From the NCBI GenBank assembly GCA_964566575.1, contig CAZMKD010000024.1, positions 14 through 64,013 on the forward strand: a stretch of DNA of 64,000 nt, in the 5' to 3' direction. The stretch comes from an uncultured Verrucomicrobiota bacterium (GTDB lineage: Bacteria > Verrucomicrobiota > Verrucomicrobiia > Palsa-1439). How positions within the stretch are numbered: the stretch's first letter is position 1; each line of letters starts with the position of its first letter. This document shows positions 7,526-18,745 of the stretch, in pieces. Made by a program: the position numbers and the translations under genes. The notes under the pieces were generated by a model. It searched no databases, was not told where the DNA came from, and saw nothing but the letters and a program-made list of their open reading frames with translations.

Positions 7526-9322
7526 TCAACTCGCTTGCAGCACCTCCTCCGCCGACGTCACGCCGCTCAGAATCTTCTCGACGCCGTCCTCGCGATACGG
7601 CCGGTACGACTGCTGGCCGGCCAGTTCCTGCAACCGCTGCTGGTCCACTCCGTCATGAATCGCCTTGCGTAGCGGCTCGCTCAGCACGAGCAACTCGAAG
7701 ATGCCGGATCGCCCCTGATACCCGGTCATGTCGCAATGGTCGCACCCACCGGCCCGATAAATCGTGTTGCCGTCCGGCAACGTCAACCCAATCTCGCTTA
7801 GCTCCGTTCCTTTCGTCAACACCGCCTCGCGACAACGCCGGCAAAGCACCCGCACAAGTCGTTGCGCCACCACCATCAGTAGCGAGGAAGCGATTTGATG
7901 GCGCTCGATGCCCATGTCTTCCAATCGCATCACCGTGCCGACGGCGTCCTGCGCGTGCACGGAACTAAACATCAAATGGCCGGTCAGCGCCGCCCGCGCG
8001 GCGATCTTCGCCGCCTCCGCGTCGCGCATCTCGCCGACGAAAATCACATCCGGGTCCTGCCGCAAGATCGACCGTAGCCCGGATTCATACGTGACGCCGG
8101 CCTTGACGTTGACGGCGATCTGGGTCGCGCCGGTCAATTCGTACTCGACCGGATCCTCAATCGTCATGATGTTCAATCGCTGCGCGTCCAGCCGGCTCAA
8201 CGCAGCGTACAACGTCGAGGTTTTCCCCGAGCCGGTCGGCCCGGCCACGAGGATCATGCCATTGCGTGAGTGAATCACCCGGTCAAACTGCTCCATCATC
8301 GGCATCGGCATACCCAAATCGCTCAAGGCCAACACACCGCTTTGCCGGTCGAGAATTCGCAGCACCAATTTCTCGCCATGAATCGCGCTGGCCGTCGCCA
8401 CACGGAAATCAACCTCACCGGCTTTCGTCCGCACGCGGAACCGGCCATCCTGGGACTTACGTCGCTCGGCGACGTCGATTTGCGCCAGCGCCTTCATTGC
8501 CGCCGCTACGTGGAGTCCGTCGGCTTTGTCGAACGTGAACCGCTCGTGCATTACGCCGTCGATGCGAAACCGCACCCGACTGCCATGATCCGTCGGTTCG
8601 AGATGCACGTCGCTCGCGCGTTGCGCCAACGCTTGCTCCAACACATCGCGCGCCGCCTCAATGCCGGTCATCTCGGGCGAGTCTTGTTTGATGGCGATCG
8701 GGTTGCGATTGGCATCGAGAAATTCCAATTGAACTCCTGCCGTCGATCCTGCGGACGAAGGTGACACCTTGGCTCGGCCGCCGAATAAGCTCCGCTTCTT
8801 CGGTACCTCGTTCGGTTGCAATCCGGCCACCCGACCGCCGAGGCTGCGCAGATCTACCGCGCGGCGACGCCGGGCCATTCGCTTGAGGAGGTAGATCGCG
8901 AAACCAAGCCCCGGCAATAGCAACACATCGGCGTTAGTCCGGAGAATTTCTGACCGGGTGCCTTTTACGTCGAGCCCGACCCAAAACAGCATCGCGACCC
9001 ACAGCGAACTCACCACCGTGAAGCCCAGCAGCCAGAAATCCATGCTCCAGCGATGAACGTAGCGCGGGGGCAGGCTTTCCTCGGCCAGTGCCGGTTCAGG
9101 CGCGGCGACAACGGGATGGACGACCTTCGCGCCGTCGATGACTTCCACTTCAGCAATGGGCAGCGTGATCACGCCGTACGACACTTTCACCTGCAGATTG
9201 GTCTTGTCGCGGTTGAGTATGGTAGCGTTGCGATAGATTAATCCGCCGGTAAGTCGAATCTCGGACGCCCATGCGGCACTGGCGCAAGCCAGCAGGCCAA
9301 GCAGGGTGAGACGCACGCGCAT
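7526..9322 (-). CDS. GspE/PilB-family secretion ATPase with an atypical N-terminal signal peptide, periplasmic segment and TM region
   Basis: Walker A 'GPTGSGKTSTLYA', Asp/His boxes, C-terminal tetracysteine 'CRRC…CDHCD'; N-terminus 'MRVRLTLLGLLACASAAWA' followed by the hydrophobic helix 'FWLLGFTVVSSLWVAMLFWVGL'. Confidence 0.85.
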   Translation of the reverse strand: MRVRLTLLGLLACASAAWASEIRLTGGLIYRNATILNRDKTNLQVKVSYGVITLPIAEVEVIDGAKVVHPVVAAPEPALAEESLPPRYVHRWSMDFWLLGFTVVSSLWVAMLFWVGLDVKGTRSEILRTNADVLLLPGLGFAIYLLKRMARRRRAVDLRSLGGRVAGLQPNEVPKKRSLFGGRAKVSPSSAGSTAGVQLEFLDANRNPIAIKQDSPEMTGIEAARDVLEQALAQRASDVHLEPTDHGSRVRFRIDGVMHERFTFDKADGLHVAAAMKALAQIDVAERRKSQDGRFRVRTKAGEVDFRVATASAIHGEKLVLRILDRQSGVLALSDLGMPMPMMEQFDRVIHSRNGMILVAGPTGSGKTSTLYAALSRLDAQRLNIMTIEDPVEYELTGATQIAVNVKAGVTYESGLRSILRQDPDVIFVGEMRDAEAAKIAARAALTGHLMFSSVHAQDAVGTVMRLEDMGIERHQIASSLLMVVAQRLVRVLCRRCREAVLTKGTELSEIGLTLPDGNTIYRAGGCDHCDMTGYQGRSGIFELLVLSEPLRKAIHDGVDQQRLQELAGQQSYRPYREDGVEKILSGVTSAEEVLQAS

Positions 9323-9323
9323 G

Positions 9324-9923
9324 TCAATCGTCCGCAGGTTCGTTCGAGGCAAGTTTCTCCGTGGCGAGACTGTGGTCGCCTTGAGCGGCGATCATGCCGG
9401 CGCGGCGGGCGTACTCAAAGATGCCACCGGCATCAATCACTGGCCGGGCGTCGCCGAGCGGTTTGGTCGCGTATTTCTTGCCGGCAACCTTCAGCGTATT
9501 GGCGTCGAGGTCGAGTTCGACTTCGTCGCCGGTCTTCAACGTCTCGCAAAGCCGGTCACTGGATTCGACGGGGTAAAGCTCGCCGGTCGCGACGCAGTTG
9601 CGGAAAAAGATGCGGGCGAAACCCTCAGCGATGACGGTCTGGCAGCCGGTCGCGCCCAGCGCGATGGGGGCATGTTCGCGGGAGCTGCCGCAGCCAAAAT
9701 TGCGACCGGCAATGACAATTGGGTACGCTGTTTTCAATTGTGCGTCGGTCACGTACCGGGCGGGGTACTGGTCGCGGGGCAGGCCGCATAAGGCGTAGCT
9801 GCCAAGCTTCTCATATTCCTCGGCAATGGTGGGAACGAGGTTCAAATATTGCGCCGGGATGATTTGGTCAGTGTCGATATTGTCACGCACGACGTACACC
9901 GGGCCGCGGATGATATGACTCAT
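9324..9923 (-). CDS. leuD: 3-isopropylmalate dehydratase / aconitase-family small subunit
   Basis: 'MSHIIRGPVYVVRDNIDTDQIIPAQYL…GRNFGCGSSREHAPIAL' is the LeuD signature; ~199 aa from an internal ATG; no leuC is adjacent. Confidence 0.8.
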   Translation of the reverse strand: MSHIIRGPVYVVRDNIDTDQIIPAQYLNLVPTIAEEYEKLGSYALCGLPRDQYPARYVTDAQLKTAYPIVIAGRNFGCGSSREHAPIALGATGCQTVIAEGFARIFFRNCVATGELYPVESSDRLCETLKTGDEVELDLDANTLKVAGKKYATKPLGDARPVIDAGGIFEYARRAGMIAAQGDHSLATEKLASNEPADD

Positions 9924-9973
9924 GCCGGGCAGTCTAGCAGCATCGCGGGAGCGCTGGCAAGGGGGCTGCTTAA

Positions 9974-11254
9974 GTGGAGAGCATGTCAGAGTATAGCGAC
10001 CCAGAACGGCTGTATACATTGGATTACCCGGACGGCTGGTTGCCGTTGACACACGAAGGCTCACCGCATGTCACGCTGGCAAGCCTGACCACGGGCGGCT
10101 ATCTCAAGATTGAGGCTTACCAATTTGAACAACCCAAGACAGACGAGATGCGTCCCGAGAAGACGCTGCGGGCGTTGCTGGACTGCGAACGGCGGACGTG
10201 GCCGCAGGTCGGCGAACCGTTGATCCGGTGCCGGACGCGCGAGGGAATGGCGATTGCCATGGCCACCTACACGCGCATCGAGATGGAGGGTGACGATCAT
10301 GCGGCGGATTTCGGGCACACCCAAGCGTGGATCTTCTCGCGCGGCGACGTGCAGGTGCGCTGCTTGTTCCGGTGCCGCAGCACCGATGCGGGCGAGGACG
10401 ACGATGAATTGGAGCAGATCATCAATACCCTTTGTCTGACCAACACCCGCCACCTCGATGCGGCGAGTTTTACGAGTTACTACTACAGCCTGCTCAAGCG
10501 CCACCGGCCGCAGTTGGCTGTGAAACGGCCCAACGGACTGGCGATCACAATGTCCGACGGACAGATCATTTTGCTCGAGCACTTGTTCAACCACTACCTC
10601 CAAGAGCCCGACCACATGGACGAACTTATTGAGTCGCACATCGGGTTGTTGGATTTCTGCGGCGATGACGTGCCGGATCTGACGAATTTCAAACTCATCA
10701 AACCGCTGCTGTTCCCTAAACTGTTCCGCGCGGCGTCGAGCGGACAGCCGCCGCACCGGGCCAAGCTCTGGCCGGGTTTGGCGATAGGCGCGGTCATTCA
10801 GGGCACCGTGTTCAACTACGGCGTCAATAACGAGCGGCTCAAGAGTTGGAGCGTGAGTTCCCTCAGCGACATTAAAGAGCATCTGATCGAAAACCTCTAC
10901 AACATCTCGCCGGTCGCTCCGCGCGGGCTGCGCGATGAGGACGGCACGACGCAGGCGATCAGCTACGTGGATCATCCGTTCAGCGCGTCATTCGTGTTGT
11001 TCCAGGATTTCTACGAAACGACGGCGCATAATCTCGACGCCGACGAGTTCCTCGTGGGGTTGCCGGACCCGAGTTGTGTGTCCTGCTTCCGCAACGACGA
11101 TCCGCGGTTCGTTGTCCAGCACACCGCCATGCTCCGGTGGGACTATCACCGCAGCGTCGAGAAACTCACCGACACCATCTACCTTGTGACCGGCCCGACG
11201 GTGAAGGAAGTCAAACCGTATGACATCCTCCACTGTTGCGTGAAGAAAGCTTGA
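9974..11254 (+). CDS. Hypothetical protein (C-terminal half possibly DUF1444/YtpQ-like)
   Basis: 426-aa ORF with ordinary composition; the antisense ORF 10061-10975 is Arg-rich and judged spurious. Confidence 0.5.
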   Translation: MESMSEYSDPERLYTLDYPDGWLPLTHEGSPHVTLASLTTGGYLKIEAYQFEQPKTDEMRPEKTLRALLDCERRTWPQVGEPLIRCRTREGMAIAMATYTRIEMEGDDHAADFGHTQAWIFSRGDVQVRCLFRCRSTDAGEDDDELEQIINTLCLTNTRHLDAASFTSYYYSLLKRHRPQLAVKRPNGLAITMSDGQIILLEHLFNHYLQEPDHMDELIESHIGLLDFCGDDVPDLTNFKLIKPLLFPKLFRAASSGQPPHRAKLWPGLAIGAVIQGTVFNYGVNNERLKSWSVSSLSDIKEHLIENLYNISPVAPRGLRDEDGTTQAISYVDHPFSASFVLFQDFYETTAHNLDADEFLVGLPDPSCVSCFRNDDPRFVVQHTAMLRWDYHRSVEKLTDTIYLVTGPTVKEVKPYDILHCCVKKA

Positions 11255-11303
11255 CCGGCGAGCTTGTCGGCAGGTCGTTGCCGCCCTCGACGATCTCCTT
11301 CCA

Positions 11304-11455
11304 TCAGATTAACTCATCCTCCCGTTTCGTGCGCGAGGTTTTCGGCTTCTTGGTCTGCGTCGCTTTCGCCTCTGCGCCGGCGCGTTCAAGGTTCAACTTC
11401 AAGAGTCGTTCGAGGATATGTTCGTCGGTGAGGTCGGTGGGCCAGCCGTAGTCGG
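11304..11455 (-). pseudogene. Diverged remnant of the 3' end of an MmeI-family RM/MTase gene (…DYGWPTDLTDEHILERLLKLNLERAGAEAKATQTKKPKTSRTKREDELI*)
   Basis: ~75% aa and ~70-80% nt identity to the last ~45 codons of the RM gene ending at 12225; no upstream body in frame. Confidence 0.5.
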
Positions 11456-12238
11456 CGGAAGCCGGCGGGGAAATTTCTCCGGGTAGCGCTCGCACAGGAA
11501 GCCAATGCGGTATCCCATCGCGGACAAGCTGATCCCTTGTTCCTGGGCCAATTGCCGTACCGTCGCTCCGGACTTCCAGCGCTCGCTGAGCCGGTTGATG
11601 GACGGCAACCGAGTTTGCCAATACCGCCGCCACCGCCGTTCCCTGGCTTGGCGCCATACAGAAGTCATGGCCACCCGGCGCGGAAACTTGTGCGGATACA
11701 GCTTGCGCCAGTAGCCAATCCGCACGGCGATACAAGCCCGGTTGACCCCGTATTCTTCCGCCAATTGACGCAGCGACGCCCCGGCCTTCCAGCGGGCGCT
11801 CAACCGGTTGATGGCGGGCAACTGGCTTGCACGGCGCTGCTGCTTCCGGAGTTCCCGCGCGAGCTTTTCCTGCTCGCGGCGTTCGGCCCGGGCGCGAATG
11901 GTCCCCTCGTGGCGAAGGACCTGGCTCGACGGGTACCCCAGCCCCTGACGGATTTGTCGGACGCGTTCGCGGCCGAGACCATACCGGCGCGCCAGCACGA
12001 TGTCGGTCGTCGTCAATAGTTCCTTTTTCAGTTGCTGGTACTCCGGCGCGCCGAGTTTTTGTAAACGATAGCCACGGCGCCGCAACAGGCGTTGCTGGTG
12101 CAAAAACAGGTAAACGCGATTCCCGTCCAAGTGGAGCCGTTTGGCTGCGACCGTCCCCGACAACTGTTGCTGGCAGTACAGTCGCCGAATCGCTGCCTCT
12201 TGCTCCGCCGTGAATCGCTTGCGCCTAGAGCATTTCAT
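11399..12238 (-). CDS. Tandem-HTH repeat protein (three sigma-70 region-4/transposase-HTH-like modules); start overlaps the RM stop
   Basis: Internal repeats 'LPAINRLSARWKAGASLRQLAEEYGV…YPHKFPRRV' and 'LPSINRLSERWKSGATVRQLAQEQGI…YPEKFPRRL'; ATG embedded in 'GATGAAATGCTCTAG', the last codons of the RM gene. Confidence 0.6.
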   Translation of the reverse strand: MKCSRRKRFTAEQEAAIRRLYCQQQLSGTVAAKRLHLDGNRVYLFLHQQRLLRRRGYRLQKLGAPEYQQLKKELLTTTDIVLARRYGLGRERVRQIRQGLGYPSSQVLRHEGTIRARAERREQEKLARELRKQQRRASQLPAINRLSARWKAGASLRQLAEEYGVNRACIAVRIGYWRKLYPHKFPRRVAMTSVWRQARERRWRRYWQTRLPSINRLSERWKSGATVRQLAQEQGISLSAMGYRIGFLCERYPEKFPRRLPPTTAGPPTSPTNISSNDS

Positions 12239-15200
12239 CGGCGTGTTTGGCGCGTGAGGTTTTCGGTTTCTTGGTTTGCGCTAACTTTGCTTCAGCGGCG
12301 GCACGTTCGAGGTTCAACTTCAGGAGGCGCTCCAGGATTTGTTCGTCGGTGACATCGGCGGGCCAATCGTAGGCGGCGGCGACGGCGGCGTCCAGTTTCT
12401 TGTGCGCCAAATCCAGCCAGGTCGGGCGTTCGTTGTAGAGATTGGTGAGCGTGCGTTTCTTGAGCTTGCCGGCGCAGTCGGCGTCCTTCGGGACGAGGCG
12501 CGGATACCGAGCAACGCCGATCTTGTAGGCCGCGTCACCTGACGCGGCGGTATTCCCGGATACGCCCGCTGAGGTCAGCGGGCCTACAACATACCGGGCC
12601 CAAGGCCCGTTCGCGCTGGCCGGGAACTCCAGCACTTCCTCGCACGTCCATTCCGGTGGATTGAGCCAGCGCTCGCGCAACTCGTTCAACTCTTTCGCGG
12701 CGGCGGCAATCGCGGTTTCCTGCTCCGGCGTCGCCTGCGGAAACAAAAACGTCTCGAAACATTCGGTCGGGTTGTAAGTGCGGCGTTCGCCACCGTGTAG
12801 CGCACAGGTTGCCGTAGTCCAGACTTCATGGATGCGTGACTGGAGAACTCCGAAATGGAAGTCGTCAGCGAAGGCGATGGCGATGACTTTCGAGTCCGGT
12901 AAGATGACGCTGTCCTGCCAAACGAAGATGCGGTACTTGGCGACGCGCGAAGTCGCGAGGTACCGGCGTGAACCCACAATGCTTTCCCTGAACGCCGGTA
13001 GCGTTTCACCCAGCAACCACCAATGCTCTGCGCGTGTCCTGCGGTTGTTCTTTTCGCGTTCAGGCTTCACGTGTTCAACCACGTGCCGGAAGGGCGCTTC
13101 GTAGAGCGCGGCTTCTTGCTGCGGTGTGCCGACGCCGAAGTCCACAATCCACCGGTTGGAACATTCGCGCACCAAGTCGCTGCCGTTGCGGAATGGGCGG
13201 AGCACGTCGCTGGTGGGTTTGCCGTGTGGAGTCGGCATCTGGAGCATGGCGATGGCTTGTTCTTCGGTGATGTCGAAATCGCCAACCTTGGTCGTGCCCA
13301 TGAAACAAAGGTTTTTGTTGCGCGGAGAGGAACTGCTTGCCGGTGGTGTCGAGGCCACTGGACAAGTCCGCGTTGATTTCGGCGATGTCTTTGCCGTCAA
13401 GAGTTGGGTTGTCGGGAGTTTTCGCGTTGCCGAATCCGACCATGCAAATGCGGATGGCCGTGCCTTCGTCCCACCAGTCGCGGTCGGAGATGGCGAAGAA
13501 GATTTTGCCGGTCTCTTTAATGCGCTCGAAGGCGTGGCGGGAACTGACTTGTTTCGACCCGGTGGTGGCAAGCAAACCGGCACGCTGACATTTGCCGCCA
13601 GCAATCAGTTCGCGGGCTTTCTCAAACCAGTAACAACAGAAGTCCGAAGTGGCTGGCAAACGGTCGCCAAACGTGTCGAAGATGGCTTTCGTGTATTCGT
13701 CACCGAGTTCTGTCCGCAGGCGTTTGTTGCCGAGGAACGGCGGATTGCTGACAATGACATCACACTCCGGCCAGTCGCGTTCGGTGTAGAATTTCAGCGC
13801 ATCTTCTTCTTCGTGTTCCTTTGCGCGCGCCTGCTTCAACGTCTTGGCCTTGCTCCGGTAATGCGGGACTACCAGCGCGTCTTCGTTGTGAAATCCGTCG
13901 AGGACTTGTAGGACGGGCGAGCGATCGAGCGGGAAGCCTTTGTCGCGCAGCCATTGGAGGTAGCCGATCTGGACGGAGACTTGCGCCAGTTCGAAGGCGT
14001 AGGGATTGATCTCGATCCCGCGCAGTTGTTGGACGCTGACTTGCGGCGTGAACTGGAAGCCGAGTTGCGTGGCGAAGGCGATGACTTCCTTTTCGAGACT
14101 CAACAGAAGTTGGAGCGAGACGTACAGGAAGTTGCCGCTGCCGCACGCCGGGTCGAGCACGGTGGTGGCACTGAGTTTTTTGAGGAACTTCGCGAGCCGG
14201 TCGCGGTCGGCGGTCGTGCCTTTGCCTTTGGCGTAGGAACGAATGAGGTCGCGTTTGATCCCCGTCCATTCGCGGCGCAGCGGTTGCATGAGGACGGGTT
14301 CGACGAGCGTCTTGATGTCGTCTTCGCTTGTGTAGTGCGCGCCGAGTTGGGCGCGGAGTTTGCCTTCGCCGTCGAGCGCGCGCTCGAACAGCGTGCCCAT
14401 GATGCTGGGTTGGACGTATTCCCATTCGCATTCGGCGGCAGCAGCGAGCGCGCGGATTTCGTCCTCGGTCAGTTCAAAGACGGTGGCTTCTTCAAAGAGG
14501 TGGCCGTTGAAATGCTGGATCTTGTGCAGGCCGAACGTGCCGCCCTTGGCCATTTTGCGGAACAGTTCTTCGAGGCGCTCGGCGAAGAAGCGCGGGTCGT
14601 CTACGCCCTGCTTGGCGAGGTCGCGGAAAATATCCTTGGGCAACAGGCCCACGTCCTCGGCAAAGAGACAGAAGATGATGCGATTCAGGAAGCGGGCGAT
14701 CCGGAGATTCTTCTTCTGCGCGACATGCACTTCCTTCCGTGTCCGGGCGTTGCTGAGTTCGACCGACTCGCGTTCCTGCAGCGAGCGGGCAACGGCGGCG
14801 ATTCGGCCGGCAAGGTCTTCGGTGACTTTGCTCGCGGTGTGCAGGGGTCGCAACGCTTCGGGGTCGGCAAAGACACCACGCAAAATCCGCAGACTCTCCT
14901 GCATGTCGATGGTCGCGTTGGTGAATTCGTGCGTCTCCTGCACCGCGCCATTGAAGTTGGTGCGGACGATGTAGCGGTCGAAATCGCAGACGACGAGCAG
15001 CGGCGGATTCAGAAGCGATTCGCGATACCGGAGCAGTTGCGTGTACGCGGCGTTGAGATTCTTCTTCTTGCCCTTGTACTCCCACGCGAAACAGTCCTTC
15101 TTCCACACATCGGCGAAGCCGCGGTCACCGGGTTCACCGTAGTCAGTATCCGCCTCCTTCACCAGCAGCAATTCGGCATCCTTGACGACGCGTTTCTGGA

Positions 15201-15387
15201 AGCAGAATGACTCGCTACCGGTCGGGTCGGCCTCGGCGGGAGTTGACTGGCCGAGCAACCGGCACAGGTCGTTGAAGTGTTCCTGGTAGGCAGACGACTC
15301 CTTACCAGTGTAGGCGCTCCACTTCCTTTTGAACTGTGCCCACGTCAATCCGCCCATAGCGGCAGAATCGGCATCCTTCCGTGACAT
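12225..15387 (-). pseudogene. MmeI-family type IIL restriction-modification enzyme (PD-(D/E)xK nuclease, N6-adenine MTase and TRD in one polypeptide), interrupted by a frameshift near 13312-13316
   Basis: N-terminal 'GFADVWKKDCFAWEYKGKKKNL' (D…EYK nuclease motif), MTase motif I 'LDPACGSGNFL', motif IV 'VSNPPFLG', conserved C-terminal 'TDEQILERLLKLNLERA'; the two ORFs (13075-15387 and 12225-13604) overlap in different frames, with out-of-frame Arg-rich tails. Confidence 0.75.
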
Positions 15388-15430
15388 GCCGGCAAGTTAT
15401 AGGCAATGGCGCCGGGCGGGGCAAGCCCGC

Positions 15431-15468
15431 CGCGAAAACAAGAAGCCGGGCACGAGGGCGTGCCCGGC
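15431..15468 (-). terminator. Rho-independent terminator downstream of gap
   Basis: Perfect 11-bp GC-rich stem (AGCCGGGCACG/CGTGCCCGGCT) with a 4-nt loop, followed on the minus strand by TTCTTGTTTTCG. Confidence 0.45.
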
Positions 15469-15486
15469 TTTCGTGTGCAGACAAAG

Positions 15487-16623
<1,137 letters not shown>

Positions 16624-16797
16624 TCAAACGAAACCTTCGTTGAATACTACTTGAGCTAACGGGGCGCTTAGGCTAGCCACAGCTTATTGGCGACCGGCAA
16701 AATTAGAACAACCAATTCGACCGGAAATTTTGATCTCGATAATCCGGTAAAAGAGCTGGCGCTCAGGCCCAAAGTGGCAACTACCGGTGTGGTGGGG

Positions 16798-17697
16798 TTA
16801 GACTTCAACCAGCACCCGGTGACCGGGTTTGACTTCACGCCATTCCGTCTGTTTATCCTGAATCTTGCGGCGGGCTTCTTCGGGGGAAATGTCGTCGAGC
16901 ACGATGCGTTGCCGGCGTCTGGCCGGGTCGATGTCCGGCACCGCGGAGAGCAACGCTTGCGTGTAGCGGTGTTGCGGGTTGGAGTAGATGTCCTCCGCGC
17001 TGGCTTCCTCGACCACCTTGCCGAAATACATCACCAGCACCCGGTCACTGATGTGTTCGACGACTGCCAAGTCGTGTGCGATAAACAGGTAGGTGAGTTT
17101 GAATTGTTCCTGCAGGTCGCTGAGCAGGTTGATGATTTGCGCCTGCACGCTGACGTCGAGCGCGCTGACCGGCTCGTCGCAGACGATGAACTTCGGTTGC
17201 ACCGCCAGCGCGCGGGCGATGCCGATGCGTTGACGCTGGCCGCCGCTGAATTCGTGCGGATACCGGCGCGCGTGCTCGGGCGCGAGTCCGACCGACTTCA
17301 GCAAGTCCGCCACCCGGTCGCGTTCGTCGGCTTTGTTTTTGGCCAGTTTGTGGATGCGCAACGGTTCGGCGATGATGTTGCCGACGGTCAGCCGCGGGTT
17401 GAGCGAGCCGTACGGGTCTTGGAAAATCATCTGCGCTTGCCGGCGAAATGCGCGGAGATCGGCGATTTCGCGGCCGTCAAAGTGAATCGTACCGGCGGTC
17501 GGCTCGATGAGCTGCAGGATCGTGCGCCCGAGCGTCGTCTTGCCGCAACCGGATTCACCGACGAGGCCGACGCATTCGCCTTCGTTGATGGCGAACGAGA
17601 CGCCATCCACCGCGCGCACCCAACCGACCGTGCTTTGGAGCACGCCAGCCTTGATGGGGAAATACGTCTTGAGGTCTTTGACTTCGACGAGGCTCAT
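16798..17697 (-). CDS. Oligo/dipeptide ABC transporter ATP-binding protein (OppF/DppF-like)
   Basis: Walker A 'GESGCGKTT', ABC signature 'LSGGQRQR', C-terminal oligopeptide-ABC extension. Confidence 0.85.
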   Translation of the reverse strand: MSLVEVKDLKTYFPIKAGVLQSTVGWVRAVDGVSFAINEGECVGLVGESGCGKTTLGRTILQLIEPTAGTIHFDGREIADLRAFRRQAQMIFQDPYGSLNPRLTVGNIIAEPLRIHKLAKNKADERDRVADLLKSVGLAPEHARRYPHEFSGGQRQRIGIARALAVQPKFIVCDEPVSALDVSVQAQIINLLSDLQEQFKLTYLFIAHDLAVVEHISDRVLVMYFGKVVEEASAEDIYSNPQHRYTQALLSAVPDIDPARRRQRIVLDDISPEEARRKIQDKQTEWREVKPGHRVLVEV

Positions 17698-17764
17698 CGG
17701 GTCTTTCTGTAGCCGAAGCGTAAGCTTCGGCCGAGGCTGACGCCTCGGCTACAGGGTTTCGCTT

Positions 17765-18745
17765 TCAAATCGTCCTCTTCAATTCCGGTTTGTCCCAATA
17801 CGGACAGCGGACTTGCCGGCCCTCGGCGGCGACTAATGCCGGCTCGGGATCTTTCGTGCAATCGCTCTGCGCCCGGTCACAGCGCGGCGCGAATTTGCAC
17901 CCCGCCGGCAACCGCGCCGCGCTCGGGACGGTGCCGGGAATGGACTGCAACCGGGCCGCGCGTTCACCGAGCCGCGGAATCGAGCGCATCAGCGCGGCGG
18001 TGTACGGATGCAGCGGTTTCTTCAAAAGCTCGGCGGCCGGTGATTGTTCGACGACGCGGCCGGCATACATGACGCAGACATTGTCGGCGAGGTCGCCGAC
18101 GATGCCGAGGTTGTGCGTGATGAGCAGGATGCTCATGCCGATTTGTTTCTTGAGATCCTTCAGCAAATCGAGAATTTGCGCCTGAATCGTGACGTCGAGC
18201 GCCGTCGTCGGTTCGTCAGCAATGAGCAAGGCCGGGTTGCAGGCGAGGCCCATGGCGATCATCACGCGTTGCTGCATGCCGCCGCTGAGTTGGTGCGGAT
18301 AATCGCGCAACCGGCGCTCGGGGTCGGGGATGCGGACGAGTTTGAGTAAGCGCACGACTTCGTCGTTGGTCGCCACCTCGGGCCGGTGAAGCTGGAGCGC
18401 TTCCTTGATCTGGTAGCCGATGCGGAAGACCGGATTCAGCGAAGTGGACGGCTCCTGAAAAATGTAGGCAATCTTCGCGCCGCGAATCTTGCGCAGCCGG
18501 TTCTGATCCATCTTCAAGATGTTTTCGCCTTCGAAGAGGACTTCGCCGCCTTTGTAAACGCCGGGCGGAGTGGCGACGAGTTTGCCGAGCGCGAGCGCGG
18601 TCACACTCTTGCCGCAACCGGATTCGCCGACGAGCGCGAGCGTCTCGCCTTTCTGGATGGAGAACGAAACGTCATCCACCGCGCGCACTTCGCCCTCGTC
18701 GGTGAAAAAGCTGACCTGCAAATTCTTTACGTCCAGCAGACTCAT
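17765..18745 (-). CDS. Oligo/dipeptide ABC transporter ATP-binding protein (OppD/DppD-like)
   Basis: Starts at '[13 protein letters not shown]'; Walker A '[10 protein letters not shown]', signature 'LSGGMQQR', C-terminal Cys-rich tail. Confidence 0.85.
   Translation of the reverse strand: MSLLDVKNLQVSFFTDEGEVRAVDDVSFSIQKGETLALVGESGCGKSVTALALGKLVATPPGVYKGGEVLFEGENILKMDQNRLRKIRGAKIAYIFQEPSTSLNPVFRIGYQIKEALQLHRPEVATNDEVVRLLKLVRIPDPERRLRDYPHQLSGGMQQRVMIAMGLACNPALLIADEPTTALDVTIQAQILDLLKDLKKQIGMSILLITHNLGIVGDLADNVCVMYAGRVVEQSPAAELLKKPLHPYTAALMRSIPRLGERAARLQSIPGTVPSAARLPAGCKFAPRCDRAQSDCTKDPEPALVAAEGRQVRCPYWDKPELKRTI

Noticed and set aside
10061-10975. 304-aa minus-strand ORF (Arg-rich, 'MIHVADRLRRAVLIAQPARSDRRD…')
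   Set aside because: Antisense shadow of the better-composed 426-aa plus-strand ORF in a high-GC genome; extreme Arg/Ala bias with no motifs
12225-15387. Possibility that the large MTase is BREX PglX
   Set aside because: No brxA/brxB/brxC/pglZ/brxL-like genes are adjacent, and the N-terminus carries the MmeI-type D…EXK nuclease motif, so a solitary type IIL RM enzyme is more parsimonious
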